Position numbers and translations under genes: made by a program. Shown here piece after piece: positions 1 to 11,193 of a stretch of DNA of 27,446 nucleotides. Under the pieces are notes generated by a model. That model ran no database searches and was not told where the DNA came from. It saw only the letters and a list, made by a program, of their open reading frames with translations. The DNA lies in contig NW_021833370.1 in NCBI RefSeq assembly GCF_006345805.1, positions 1 through 27,446 on the forward strand. The letters run 5' to 3'. Source of the stretch: Octopus sinensis (Eukaryota). Every line of letters begins with the position of its first letter. Position 1 is the first letter of the stretch.

Positions 1-121
1 AGCAGCGGTCAACTTTGCTTTCATTCTCTCCATAAAATAAAGTACCGTTCGTACATTAGGGTCGATCCAATCGATTTGTTCACTTCCCCTAAAATTACTG
101 GCCTTGAAGTAAATTTTGAAA
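1..121 (+). mobile_element. SINE group A fragment (core plus terminal tail II), diverged, cut by window edge
   Basis: caactttgctttcat...aaagtacc...gggtcgatccaatcgat...cccctaaaattactggccttg matches the second half of the intact element at 9135-9526. Confidence 0.75.
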
Positions 122-122
122 A

Positions 123-370
123 AGGCGGCGAGCGGGCGAAATGCTTGCCGGTATTTCGTCTGCCGCTACGTTCTGAGTTCAAATTCCGCCGAGGTTGACT
201 TTGCCTTTCATCCTTTCGGGGTTGATTAAATAAGTACCAGTTACGCACTGGGGTCGATATTATCGACTTAATCCGTTTGTCTGTCCGTGTTTGTCCTCTC
301 TGTGTTTAGCCACTTGTGGGTAGTAAAGAAATAGGTATTTTGTCTGCCGCTACGTTCTGAGTTCAAATTC
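123..370 (+). mobile_element. tRNA-derived SINE group A (monomer plus start of a second monomer)
   Basis: B-box-like gagttcaaattcc; core gaggttgactttgcctttcatcctttcgggg; collinear with 9135-9400, with about 20 nt of the head missing. Confidence 0.85.
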
Positions 371-603
371 GGGTCCAGCTGATATATCATAGCTGGCTGA
401 GGAAATGCTTATCATAAACAACATCATATTTAACCCATTCTAAACGTAGATACGTAAAAGTCAGCAAGGGAGCGAGCCTTCACAAAATCGCTCGAGCTGC
501 AAGAAATAGCAGCTAAATCTCACCCTACGGTTTCTTAAAAAGGGACATATTGGATAATGTTAGTCGATAAGCTTGAAAAGAAGATTGGTATGGTCACAGC
601 TGA

Positions 604-1107
604 ATGCCGTCGAGCCTTGAGTTGCTGGATTACCTATTTCTTTATTACCCACAAGGGGCTAAACACCGAGGGAACAAACAAGGACAGACATAGGTATTAA
701 GTCGATTACATAGACCCCCAGTGCGTAACTGGTACTTAATTTATCGACCCCGAAAGGATGAAAGGCAAAGTCGACCTCGGCGGAATTTGAACTCACAACG
801 TAACGCAGACGAAATACCGCTAAGCATTTCGCCCGGCGTGCTAACGTTTCTGCCAGCTCGCCGCCAGTTGCTGGATTACCACCGATTTGGTGGTAACCAA
901 CGACAACAGAAGCAACAGCAGCACCACCAGCACCAACAACAGTAGCAGCCGTCCAAGAATTTGGACCTGGAGATCTCCATTTCCAGCGACTTCGAGGGCC
1001 ACCTCCCAGTGGTGTCGGGCGTCAAAGAAGAGCCCTCGACTACAACAAGACGACCAAAGTTTTTCTTTTTCCCCAAGGTCTGGGGTCTCCCCCCCTCTAA
1101 ACCCTAG
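604..1107 (+). pseudogene. Possible decayed coding fragment (polyQ/H followed by QPSKNLDLEISISSDFEGHLPVVSGVKEEP), interrupted by the SINE and one TAG; product unknown
   Basis: After removing the SINE and one TSD copy, one frame reads MPSSLELLDYHRFGGNQRQQKQQQHHQHQQQ*QPSKNLDLEISISSDFEGHLPVVSGVKEEP...; third codon positions around 950-1040 are mostly G/C in an AT-rich background. Confidence 0.3.
635..865 (-). mobile_element. SINE group A monomer with 15-bp target-site duplication
   Basis: Full head-core-tail I on the minus strand; agttgctggattacc at both 620-634 and 866-880. Confidence 0.92.
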
Positions 1108-1141
1108 ACCATCACCTAATCACCCTTACCCGTCTTGTTGC

Positions 1142-1335
1142 TTAACAACAACAACAGCAACAACACCAGCTGCAGTAATACCAACAGCAGCAACAACAAC
1201 AAAGATTAAATTATTGCAAAATATATTCTCAATCATGTTGTTGTTGTCGTTATTCTTGTTTCTGCTGCTTTTGCTGTTGTTGCTGCTATTGCTCCAGGTT
1301 GTGGCAGTGGCGATGGTGACGGCGACAGGGGTTGT
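1142..1335. repeat. Strand-flipped trinucleotide tract: (CAA/CAG)n then (GTT/GCT)n
   Basis: Direct inspection; the two halves are roughly complementary around a ~35-nt spacer. Confidence 0.8.
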
Positions 1336-1473
1336 AGTGTTTTTGTGCAAACCTATTTATCAAAAGCATTCCATCCATGACTACTCCGTCTCTTAAAGAA
1401 GTTCCGGGAAGGGCATGAAGAAACAGATGCTGCCTCTCCCCTTGTTCTGATTTCAAATCTGCCTCTCCCGCTA

Positions 1474-1543
1474 TGTTCTGATTTCAAATCTAGTCAAGGT
1501 CGACTTTGCCTTTCATCATTTCGGAGTCGATAAATTAAGTACC
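1474..1543 (+). mobile_element. SINE group A core fragment
   Basis: ggtcgactttgcctttcatcatttcggagtcgataaattaagtacc. Confidence 0.75.
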
Positions 1544-1756
1544 TATTTCTTTACTACCCACAAGGGGCTAAACACAGAGGGGACAAACGGATTAAGTCGA
1601 TTATATTGACCCCAGTGCGTAACTGGTACTTATTTAATCGACCCCGAAAGGATGAAAGGCAAAGTCGACCTCGGCGGAATTTGAACTCAGAACGTAGCGG
1701 CAGACGAAATACTGCTAAGCATTTCGCCCGGCGTGCTAACGATTCTACCGCTCTCC
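1544..1756 (-). mobile_element. SINE group A monomer, abutting the plus-strand fragment tail-to-tail
   Basis: Collinear with 635-865; no TSD seen. Confidence 0.88.
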
Positions 1757-1970
1757 CCTTGTTTACGTGGGCGAGATGTATGAGCTGTGGTAGAAACGCC
1801 TGCCATTACTTACAGCCCGAGCGTCCTTATCGAAGCTCTATAGCAAATAGATACGGCCGGAAAGCACTCAAGACACATCTCGGGTGTAAGGGTAGAGCGA
1901 TTTTGTTACAACTCTTCGAATTATCAATTGACTTCTATCAACCATCTGGACACGAATTTCTTTATATTTG

Positions 1971-2945
1971 ATACCAAACTTACTGGAATACTTGGCCAAA
2001 CTATTTCAGCAGATATCAACCTACATCAATGGATACCAAATATAGAAGAGCAGCACCGAACGTTATTTGAGTAACTAATAATCATGTTTCTATAAGTACC
2101 TAGGTTATTGGTGGTGAGAGTACCAAGAGTACCAAAATGAACCAAACTGGTTAGAATAGCGTGTTTTAGTTACTTCTTTTATTCCTTTATTCTTTTATTT
2201 GTTTCAGTCATTTTACTGCGGCCATGCTGGAGCACCGCCTTTTAGTCGAACAAATCGAACCCAGGACTTATTCTTTGTAAGCCTAGTACTTATTCTATCG
2301 GTCCCTTTTGCCGAACCGCCAAGTTACGGGGACAAATGCACCAACATCGGTTGTCAAGCGATGGGGGGGGGTAAATATAGACATGCAAACATACGTACAC
2401 ACACATATACACGCACACACACACACACATACACATATATATATATATGCACACACACGACAGGCTTCTTTCAGTTTCCGTCTACCAAATCCACTCACAA
2501 GACATTGGTTAGCCCGAAGCTACCAAGGTACCACGCAGTAGGATTGAACTCGGAACCATGTGGTTGGTAAGCAAGCTACTTACCACACAGCCACTCCTGC
2601 GCCTATGATAGTAAGCTTATTAGAATAGGCCCTGTATCTATTATTAGAGTAGCTTCCAAACTGATACGAGTAAATACAAAGCCTATTTCAAGACACATCA
2701 AGCTCTCATTACCAAACTAGAGTAGGTACGAGGATTATTAGTGTAACTGATAAACTTGTTTGGTTAAATACCAAGCTTATTAGAGTAAATACCTATCATA
2801 TCTGAGTAATTACCAAGTATATTTTAAGAAGCACGAAGTTTACGAGAGTTGGTACTAAAATTATTGAAGTGGATACCAAGCTTATCTGAGTAAGCACTTC
2901 GCCTGTTTCAAGAGGTGCCACGCTTATTTCTGTAGATAAAGTATA
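1971..2945. repeat. Degenerate 21-bp minisatellite (consensus ~ATACCAAGCTTATTWGAGTAA), split by a SINE C insertion
   Basis: Consecutive 21-mers such as ataccaagcttattagagtaa / atacctatcatatctgagtaa / ttaccaagtatattttaagaa / ataccaagcttatctgagtaa; similar units on both sides of 2172-2605. Confidence 0.75.
2172..2605 (-). mobile_element. tRNA-derived SINE group C, near full length, with an internal (TA)n(TG)n tract
   Basis: Head aggcgcaggagtggctgtgtggtaag; B-box-like region; (AAAAGAAT)-type tail; collinear with 16806-17221 and 24678-25075. Confidence 0.92.
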
Positions 2946-2961
2946 ATCGTTTATCTCTTAG

Positions 2962-3009
2962 TCAGAAGATAGAAAATGTTTATAACTTTGTTCAGCGTCT
3001 CCGAGACCG
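2962..3009 (+). CDS. Candidate 48-nt internal coding exon (phase 2-2), xQKIENVYNFVQRLRDR; gene not recognised
   Basis: ttatctcttAG acceptor, GTGAGA donor, frame-preserving length, protein-like sequence; no partner exon confirmed. Confidence 0.25.
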
Positions 3010-3185
3010 GTGAGAAGAAGCTGTCCTTAGAACAGAGCCCAGGTTTTGTTGGTTTACAAAGGAAGGAACTTTTTAAAGGTACCCAAGGGTCAGCTGGTAG
3101 TGGTGTTACACCACGTGACAGATATAATCTATCACCCAAAAACGAGAACAACCTCCTGACTGTCCACTTGTCAATTTACCCAACA

Positions 3186-3318
3186 GTTTCAGTCCGACAG
3201 ATTTTATTCACAAGGCTTTGATAAACCCGAGGAAGAAAATACTTGCCCAAGGTGTCACTCTGTGGAATCAAATCCGAAGCCATGTAGTTACAGAAAGAAC
3301 TACTTTACCATGTAGCCA
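3186..3318 (-). mobile_element. Old diverged SINE group C-related 5' fragment
   Basis: tttcagtcc...cacaaggctttg...acttgcccaaggtgtcac... aligns to the SINE C head. Confidence 0.6.
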
Positions 3319-3947
3319 AGCCTGGAGATTGAATCTCTTTACTGCTCAAGTCATGCCTGAACTTCTTTACTATGCAATTATGTCATGCCTGGGAGTTGAG
3401 CCTCTTTAACAAACAGCCTTAACTGCACCCAACCTAAATGTAGAAAGAATATTTCCAAAATGTAATCGTCTCAGACAAGATTTGAAATCATAATCTGAAA
3501 TAAGGAAGGTTATACTCTAGTATAATACGATCTCAAATATTTTCCGATTTTTTTTGTTTTTAGTCAATAATTTACTTCTCTTTTGACTCTTTTTTTATAC
3601 CCAGCATAATGGTATACCAAATCCCAATTTTGATTGTTATGTATTAAATTTATCCCTCTGCCCAAGGAGAAGAGTCCAGATACTATCCACTCCATCCCTG
3701 CTGTTGTTTGCTCTGTAATATATTTGCATCAACTGAAGTCATGTGTGCGATGTTTGATAAATGGTAACTGTGTGGAAGCCCTTTGGCAGGGTCTGTCCTG
3801 TTTCTATGTAATAGATTTAATCAATCGGTCATCCGGATTAACACCATCACCTGAGGTATGGGTGCCTCTAGCAGAATTCCCTCTGTTATAAGTATTGGCG
3901 AAATCTGAGGATGACTCCCTTCCTATGACCTACCAGACACCTTGGAA

Positions 3948-4255
3948 AAGGGGCATGGATGCTGGCCCTGGAAGAGATGTGCGCTCTGGCTCTGGGACGG
4001 AGACATGATTGCATGTCCTGAAGCAAAGATGTGGACATGGCCCTGAAAGAGGGAGAGAGAAAGGCATGGACAGTGACACTGAGTGAGAGACGTGGGCACT
4101 ATTCCCGAAAGGGACATGTGGTCACAGGCTCTGAAAAAGAGGCATGGACACTAACCTTGTAGGCACTAGCCCAGAAAGAGAGACGTGTGCACTGGTCTGC
4201 AAAAAGAGAGATATGGGCCCTAGCTTTCTAAGAGAGACACGCGTGTTGGCCCTCC
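3948..4255. repeat. Degenerate ~26-bp purine-rich minisatellite (consensus ~GAGACRTGGRCACTGGCYCTGAAAGA), about 11 units
   Basis: Recurring gagacgtgggcact / gaggcatggacact / gagatatgggccct followed by ctgaaa-like motifs at ~26-nt spacing. Confidence 0.7.
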
Positions 4256-4564
4256 TTGTCATAGAAAGTCACAAATAAAAAAGACAAATTCTTTTTGTTA
4301 TGTCTATCATTTCACAGTTGCAGAGGAAAACCTTCTGCACTGAATAATTTACAATTAATTTCAGACGTCCAATTAACTACCATCAGTCTATATTTACTAA
4401 ATCTTTACTGTAATATTAACAAATTGCTGTCTCTCAAATAGCTGTCGGTTACTACAGTATGAGACGAAATTATTTACATAACCACAATTATTAACATATT
4501 ATATTACGTACCAAATTGCACCAGACGGAACTGCTTGAAATGTCGCCTTAACTGTATCAAAACA

Positions 4565-4580
4565 TGTGTATATATATATA

Positions 4581-4619
<39 letters not shown>

Positions 4620-4855
4620 GTGTGTGTGTGTGTGTGTATGTATATATATATGTGTATATATATGTATATATATATTGTATGTATGTATGTATATATGTAT
4701 GTTATATAGATATATTATGTATGTATATATATATATGTACGTGTATATATATTTGTATATATATATATAAATCTATGCATATATACACACATTTACATAT
4801 TATACATATATATATGTGTGTGTATGCATGTATTGTATATAAATGTAAAAATGTA

Positions 4856-4898
<43 letters not shown>

Positions 4899-4968
4899 GG
4901 TAATGTATATATGTATGTATATATGTATATTTTATGTATATATATATATATGTACGTGTATATATATT

Positions 4969-5000
<32 letters not shown>

Positions 5001-5133
5001 ATCTGTGCATATTATACACACATTTATATTATATACATATATATATGTGTGTGTGCGCATATACATATATATTATATATATAGATATATGTATTTGTATA
5101 TAAATGTATAAATGTATATATATATATATATAT
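4565..5133. repeat. Compound (TA)n/(TG)n microsatellite with an internal ~215-bp duplication
   Basis: Landmarks gtacgtg, aatct(a/g)tgcat, acacacattta and gtatataaatgta each recur; gtacgtg is at 4737 and 4952. Confidence 0.8.
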
Positions 5134-5309
5134 TACATTCCTTATCAGAGTCAATCTATAATTTCCTCTTGTATCCTATTTTCTTTATCATCCTTTTTAT
5201 CTTTTATTTTTCACTTGTGTCAATCATTGGACTGCGTCCATGCTGGCCACTTCTTTCGACGGTCTTGGACGAGTGAATCGACCTCAGTGCTTTTAATTTT
5301 AAGTCTATC

Positions 5310-5327
5310 ATGATGATGATGATGATG

Positions 5328-5366
<39 letters not shown>

Positions 5367-5487
5367 TAAAATAATAATAATGATAATGATAATAATAATG
5401 ATAATGATAATAATAATGATAATAATATAATAATGATAATAATAATAATATAATAATAATAATGATAATGATAATGAAATGATAATG

Positions 5488-5544
<57 letters not shown>

Positions 5545-5558
5545 TGATGATAATAATA

Positions 5559-5621
<63 letters not shown>

Positions 5622-5701
5622 CAATAATAATAATAACAATAATAATAATTATTATGATAATAATAATAATAATAATAATGATAATAATTATAATAATAAT
5701 A

Positions 5702-5734
<33 letters not shown>

Positions 5735-5746
5735 GTAGTAGTGGTG

Positions 5747-5843
<97 letters not shown>

Positions 5844-5909
5844 CAGCAGCAGTAGTAGTAGTAGTAGTAGTTAGTAGTAGTAGTAGTAGTAGCAGCAGCA
5901 GCAGCAGCA
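5310..5909. repeat. Compound trinucleotide microsatellite ATG-ATA-ATG-GTG/GTA-GCA
   Basis: Direct inspection. Confidence 0.95.
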
Positions 5910-6230
5910 AGCACACCGTTTATGTCAATCATCTTGTTTTAACACAATTTTATTGTGCTTCACGAATCGTGGGAAACTGCTAGAAATTATCAGGAAATAT
6001 CGCGTCTATTGCCATATAGGGATACGACAGCGACAATCCGGATGTTCTAATTTACAAGCAGGGAGTTCAAATTCTCCGGTCGCCAAACTAGTTCCCTGCT
6101 ACCCTTGCACAGACCAGGACACTGCACACTGCAGCATTATTAAACTTAAGTCATTTGTATTAATGCACAGGTAGCTGTCTTTCGTTTAACTATTGAAGAA
6201 AATTTCAATATTTCTTTCATTTAAAACATG

Positions 6231-6600
6231 AATGGTTCCGGGTTCAGTCCCACTGCGTGGCACCTTGGGCAAGTATCTTCTACTATAGCCTCGGGCCGAC
6301 CAAAGCCTTGTGAGTGGATTTGGTAGACGGAAACTGAAAGAAGCACGTCGTATATATGTATATAAGTATATGTGTGTGTGTGTGTTTGTGTATCTGTGTT
6401 TGTCCCCCTAGCATTGCTTGACAACCGATGCTGGTGTGTTCACGTCCCCGTCACTTAGTGGTTCGGCAAAAGAGACCGATAGAATAAGTACTGAGCTTAC
6501 AAAAGAATAAGTCCCGGGGTTGAGTTGCTCGACTAAAGGCGGTGCTCCAGCATGGCCGCAGTCAAATGACTGAAACAAGTAAAAGAGTAAAAGAGTAAAA
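6231..6600 (+). mobile_element. SINE group C, 5'-truncated
   Basis: Starts at atggttccgggttcagtccc and ends in an (AAAAGAGT)n tail. Confidence 0.9.
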
Positions 6601-7019
6601 GTGTTATCCCTGGTTCGGAAAAAAATCATTGTTTACGAAAGGCTTTGGCAGCAAAGAATCCAGAAAATCAACGCTGGACTTATATTACATAAATACATGA
6701 TTGCTTATAAACATGCTTACAACTACACGTGAAAACGTTGTATATACTTGTGCTCGTATGTGTGTATGTGAGAGAGAGAGAGAGAGAAAGGTTATCAATT
6801 TTGGTTTCCTTATCAAAGGATTTATCTATTTCAGCATCTAAATTAGTTAATTAATTAATTATGTACTTTTATATATTAATTGCGTAATTATATAGATGTT
6901 TATTCTTTAAGCGTTGAAACAGCTGTAGGGAAAATTATGAAATATCTGCAAAATCATTAGATTTTTCTTGTTTTCTTTTTCTAAACATGTTCACTCTGAA
7001 CATTCGTTTTAGTAAATTC

Positions 7020-7081
<62 letters not shown>

Positions 7082-7098
7082 GGATGGATGGATGGATG

Positions 7099-7145
<47 letters not shown>

Positions 7146-7172
7146 GATAGATAGATAGATAGATAGATAGAT

Positions 7173-7458
7173 ATGTTTCTTTATTAGCCACACAGGGCTG
7201 CACACAGATAGAACAAATTACAAGGTAGAGCTTTTCTTTTGAAGGTTTAAAAAAAAAAAAAAAAGGAAGGGGGAGTTTCGATCAAAAGGGATCGTAAAAG
7301 GAGAGAAAGAGGACAAAAAAAGGGGGGTTAAAAAAGGGGGGGAGAGGAAAAAAAAATTGATCAATAGGGATCGTTATCACAGAAATGTCAATATGAAGTG
7401 TAAAGGGGAGGACAGGTGAGGTTTACCCGTGGAAAGAAAAGCCTACGGAAAAGACCAC

Positions 7459-7459
<1 letters not shown>
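7173..7459 (-). mobile_element. Probable 3' UTR of a non-LTR retrotransposon (AATAAA followed by (ATCT)n), copy 1
   Basis: The minus strand is pyrimidine-rich and ends ...gtggctAATAAAgaaacata(tcta)n; AATAAA at 7180-7185. Confidence 0.6.
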
Positions 7460-7546
<87 letters not shown>

Positions 7547-7587
7547 GTAGTTAGATAGAAGATAGATAGATAGATAGATAGATAGAT

Positions 7588-7638
<51 letters not shown>

Positions 7639-7639
<1 letters not shown>

Positions 7640-7925
7640 TGTTTCTTTATTAGCCACACAGGGCTGCACACAGATAGAACAAATTACAAGGTAGTAGAGC
7701 TTTTCTTGAAGGTTTAAAAAAAAAAAAAAAAGGAAGGGGGAGTTTCGATCAAAAGGGATCGTAAAGGAGAGAAAGAGGACAAAAAAAGGGGGGTTAAAAA
7801 AAAGGGGGGAGAGGAAAAAAAAAATGATCAATAGGGATCGTTATCACAGAAATGTCAATATGAAGTGTAAAGGGGAGGACAGGTGAGGTTTACCCGTGGA
7901 AAGAAAAGCCTACGGAAAAGACCAC

Positions 7926-7926
<1 letters not shown>
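7639..7926 (-). mobile_element. Probable 3' UTR of a non-LTR retrotransposon, copy 2 (same truncation point)
   Basis: As copy 1; AATAAA at 7646-7651. Confidence 0.6.
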
Positions 7927-8005
<79 letters not shown>

Positions 8006-8010
8006 GTAGT

Positions 8011-8110
<100 letters not shown>

Positions 8111-8880
8111 CAAACAGACAGACAGACAGATAGACAGATAATATACGTATATGAGTGTTGTATATTTCTATAAATGTCTGAGCATTTAACTGTGTCTTTT
8201 TTTCATTTCCATATATCTGTACGTAAACCATAAACATTTCTTTACATATACAAAATACAATACAATATATACAATATATGCGCCCCGTACATGTCTACTG
8301 TAATCCTCTGTCAATGTATTTAAACTAAATGTTTCTAAATTATGATATACACGTCTAGGGGAACGAAAGACTTTATAAAGGTATATGTGTGCGTGCGTCA
8401 ATCTGTGCGTCTGAATAGAAAACTTGGTGTCTGTTTAATGTGTGTCTGTTTATGCGTGTGTGTGTGTGGTGTGTGTGTGTGTGTGTGTATTTGGGGAAGG
8501 ATAATGACATTGTGAATGAGGAAATTTAAAGGAGAGACCATCGTATTTATTTTGTCTTCTATAGACTCACAAATAGGGATGTCCCCTTTCATGTGCGGCC
8601 ATTGTCATCACGCATACTTACAACTTCCTCCAGATAACGATGTTGATTAATATAAGTCGAGAATTACTAATTGCAGTTATACGTCTAATAAAATGAAACC
8701 ACTGTCTCCATCAACACTACTTAAGGTAGAGCCTAGAATCTGGAAACGAAATTTTAGAGGACAATGCTGTTAGTTTTTGAACTGTATACGTAAAAGAAAA
8801 CGAAGCCTGTGCTTAAGGTGGGAGGTCGGAAATATAAACTCCGGGTATTTTACGTTTATATACTGTAAATAACACCTAAG

Positions 8881-9104
8881 GACTCATAAGGGTCGGTTTC
8901 CCGGTTTTCCGGTTTCCGTGGTGCACCTGGATGGAACGCCGGTTCGTCGCAGGGTTACTCATTTTTGCCAGCTAAGTGGACTGGAGCAAAGTGAAGTGAG
9001 GTGTTTTACTCAAGAGAGCACAACGCATCGCCCTGTCCAGGAATCGAAACCATAGTCTCACGATCAGGAGTCCAACACCTTAACCACTAAGCCACGCTAC
9101 CCTT
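8881..9104 (-). mobile_element. tRNA-derived SINE group B, tail type 2
   Basis: Head gcgtggcttagtggttaagg...ggtttcgattcc; core cttgagtaaaacac...ttgctccagtccacttagctggcaaaaatgag; tail gaaaccgg...gaaaccg. Confidence 0.85.
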
Positions 9105-9134
9105 TGATGACTGCTACGATATATTGGTCTCGTA

Positions 9135-9526
9135 AGGCAGCGAGCTGGCAGAATCATTAGCACGCTGGGCGAAATACTTTGCGGTATTTCGTCTGCCGCT
9201 ATGAGTTCAAATTCCGCCGAGGTCGACTTTGCCGTTCATCCTTCAGGGTAGATTAAATAAGTACCAGTTACGCACTGGGGTCGATATAATCGACTTAATC
9301 CATTTGTCTGTCCTTGTTTGTCCTCCCTGTGTTTAGCCCATTGTGGGTAGTAAAGAAATAGGTATTTCGTCTGCTGCTACGTTCTAAGTTCAAATTCCGC
9401 CGTGATCGACTTTGCCTTTCACCCTTTCGGGGTCGACAAATTAAGTAACATTTACGCACTAGGGTCGATCTAATCGACTGGCCCCCTCCCCAAAAATTTC
9501 GGGCCTTGTGCCTAGAGTAGAAAAGA
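9135..9526 (+). mobile_element. Dimeric SINE group A with 16-bp TSD
   Basis: atatattggtctcgta at 9119-9134 and 9527-9542; the head-core module occurs twice, followed by tail I then tail II. Confidence 0.93.
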
Positions 9527-10047
9527 ATATATTGGTCTCGTAGCTGTAGATATACTAGTACAACAATGATCTTCGGGAACATTTAGTACTAAAGCCCTTC
9601 TGGACCACGAATTCTTCCAAACCAGGAGGAGTCACCTTGTTCAACATATTCGAATTAAACAAATATTAAATTTACTTAAATAATTAAATGAAATACAGGC
9701 ATCCTCACATTAGTATAAATAATACAAGTTCATTAATAGTGTACTGTGCAAGGTACTACTAGTTTGTGCAAGGTACCAGTAAACTAGTTCAGCTGCTGCA
9801 GGAACCTGAAGTTCTTGTTTGTAAATTATGTAAATTAGCGCGAATCATAAGAGGTTCTGCGCCATCCGGGTGCAGAAAGTTGGTGTTGTATCTACATTAA
9901 AACCTTTCACCGATAACGGCAGAGGAGTACGAAGCTTTGAATCAGCAATGCAGTTTCTAACCTATAGGTTCAAATTCTCATCAACGACTCCATATCGAGT
10001 ATAGCACATTCAAGCCGATCGACCGTTTAAACTGACCCTTAGTTTAT

Positions 10048-10412
10048 AAATAATAATAATAATGAAATTATTGTATACAGTGCTCAGGTGCACCACAACT
10101 TGTCAAAAGTGTGTATAAAGTATATGCAGTGATGTACAAATATCTGGAAAGCGAACAGTGTATGAGTCAGATACATGCTTGCGTGTGTATGGAGGGAAGA
10201 AAATCAGGTGTAGTGTTGGCGAATCTCAGGAAGCATGGAAGTTTTGAAGGACGCAGTGCTCCGACAACTAACAACTGATGCCGACAGTTTGTTCCATGCT
10301 TCAGCAACTCTTAGCGTGAAAAAATGCTTCCGAAAGTCATGGGAGCTGTGCTGTTTTCTGACTTTGTAAACATGTCCACCGGTGTTAGACAGGTGGAGTT
10401 TGAAAAGGCGGT
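10048..10412 (-). mobile_element. CR1-group LINE, 5'-truncated 3' end (ORF2 C-terminus, 3' UTR, (TTA)n tail)
   Basis: The minus frame ending at 10204 reads DRLFKLHLSNTGGHVYKVRKQHSSHDFRKHFFTLRVAEAWNKLSASVVSCRSTASFKTSMLPEIRQHYT*, matching the CR1 pattern (T)RGH..K...R..FF..RV...WN.L...VV....FK. Confidence 0.9.
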
Positions 10413-10864
10413 CATACGGGTATAAAACAAATGATTGATGTAAATTGTGATTTGTGTATGGTCTGTATCAAAGAATGAAACATGTTCTTAACGCGTATGC
10501 AGTCTGTATCAAACGGATTTCAGTTGTTATTTAGGTCAAAATAATAATATCTGTGAATTTTCGGGCAATTTCATTCAGTAAAAAAATTTCGGCACGAATG
10601 GAATATAAACGGTAACTAAGCCAATAGAAACGTTAAGATCGGTGAAAAAACCCTGTTTTTTTCTCCTTTCCATATCAAAGAAAATTTTTAAAATACAAAA
10701 ATACATATAATAACGACAGCTAGGCGGAAGAAACAATGCATAATATTTGTTTTATTCTCAATGCACACGGCTGGAATAAAATAGTTTCACTTTACTTGTA
10801 AATCTATTGAGAAATTAGTCGCTTCCGGTATATTTGGTTTTTAACTAATATTAAGGTCGATTCC

Positions 10865-10945
10865 AAAAAGAAATTCTCTCTCCCCATCTCTTGCTCTCTC
10901 TCACACACACACACTCCCTCTCTTTCATTCTCTACATATGTGTAC

Positions 10946-10981
<36 letters not shown>

Positions 10982-11118
10982 GGGGAGAGTGAGTGAGTGA
11001 GAGAGGGGGAGAGAGAGAGAGAGAGATTGATAGATAGATATGCAGACAGTAGACAGACAGACAAACAGATAGATAGATGAAACTACATATACATATGCAT
11101 ATATACACACGCACACGT

Positions 11119-11193
<75 letters not shown>

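Noticed and set aside
2768-2945. 21-bp minisatellite as a 7-aa coding repeat (TKLIRVN)
   Set aside because: Stops occur in each of the three candidate frames translated; no start or splice context.
8565-8637. Candidate exon after tttgtcttctatAG that could continue 2962-3009 in frame (R-LTNRDVPFHVRPLSSRILTTSSR*), with a downstream AATAAA
   Set aside because: No good donor and no recognisable homology; too easily produced by chance.
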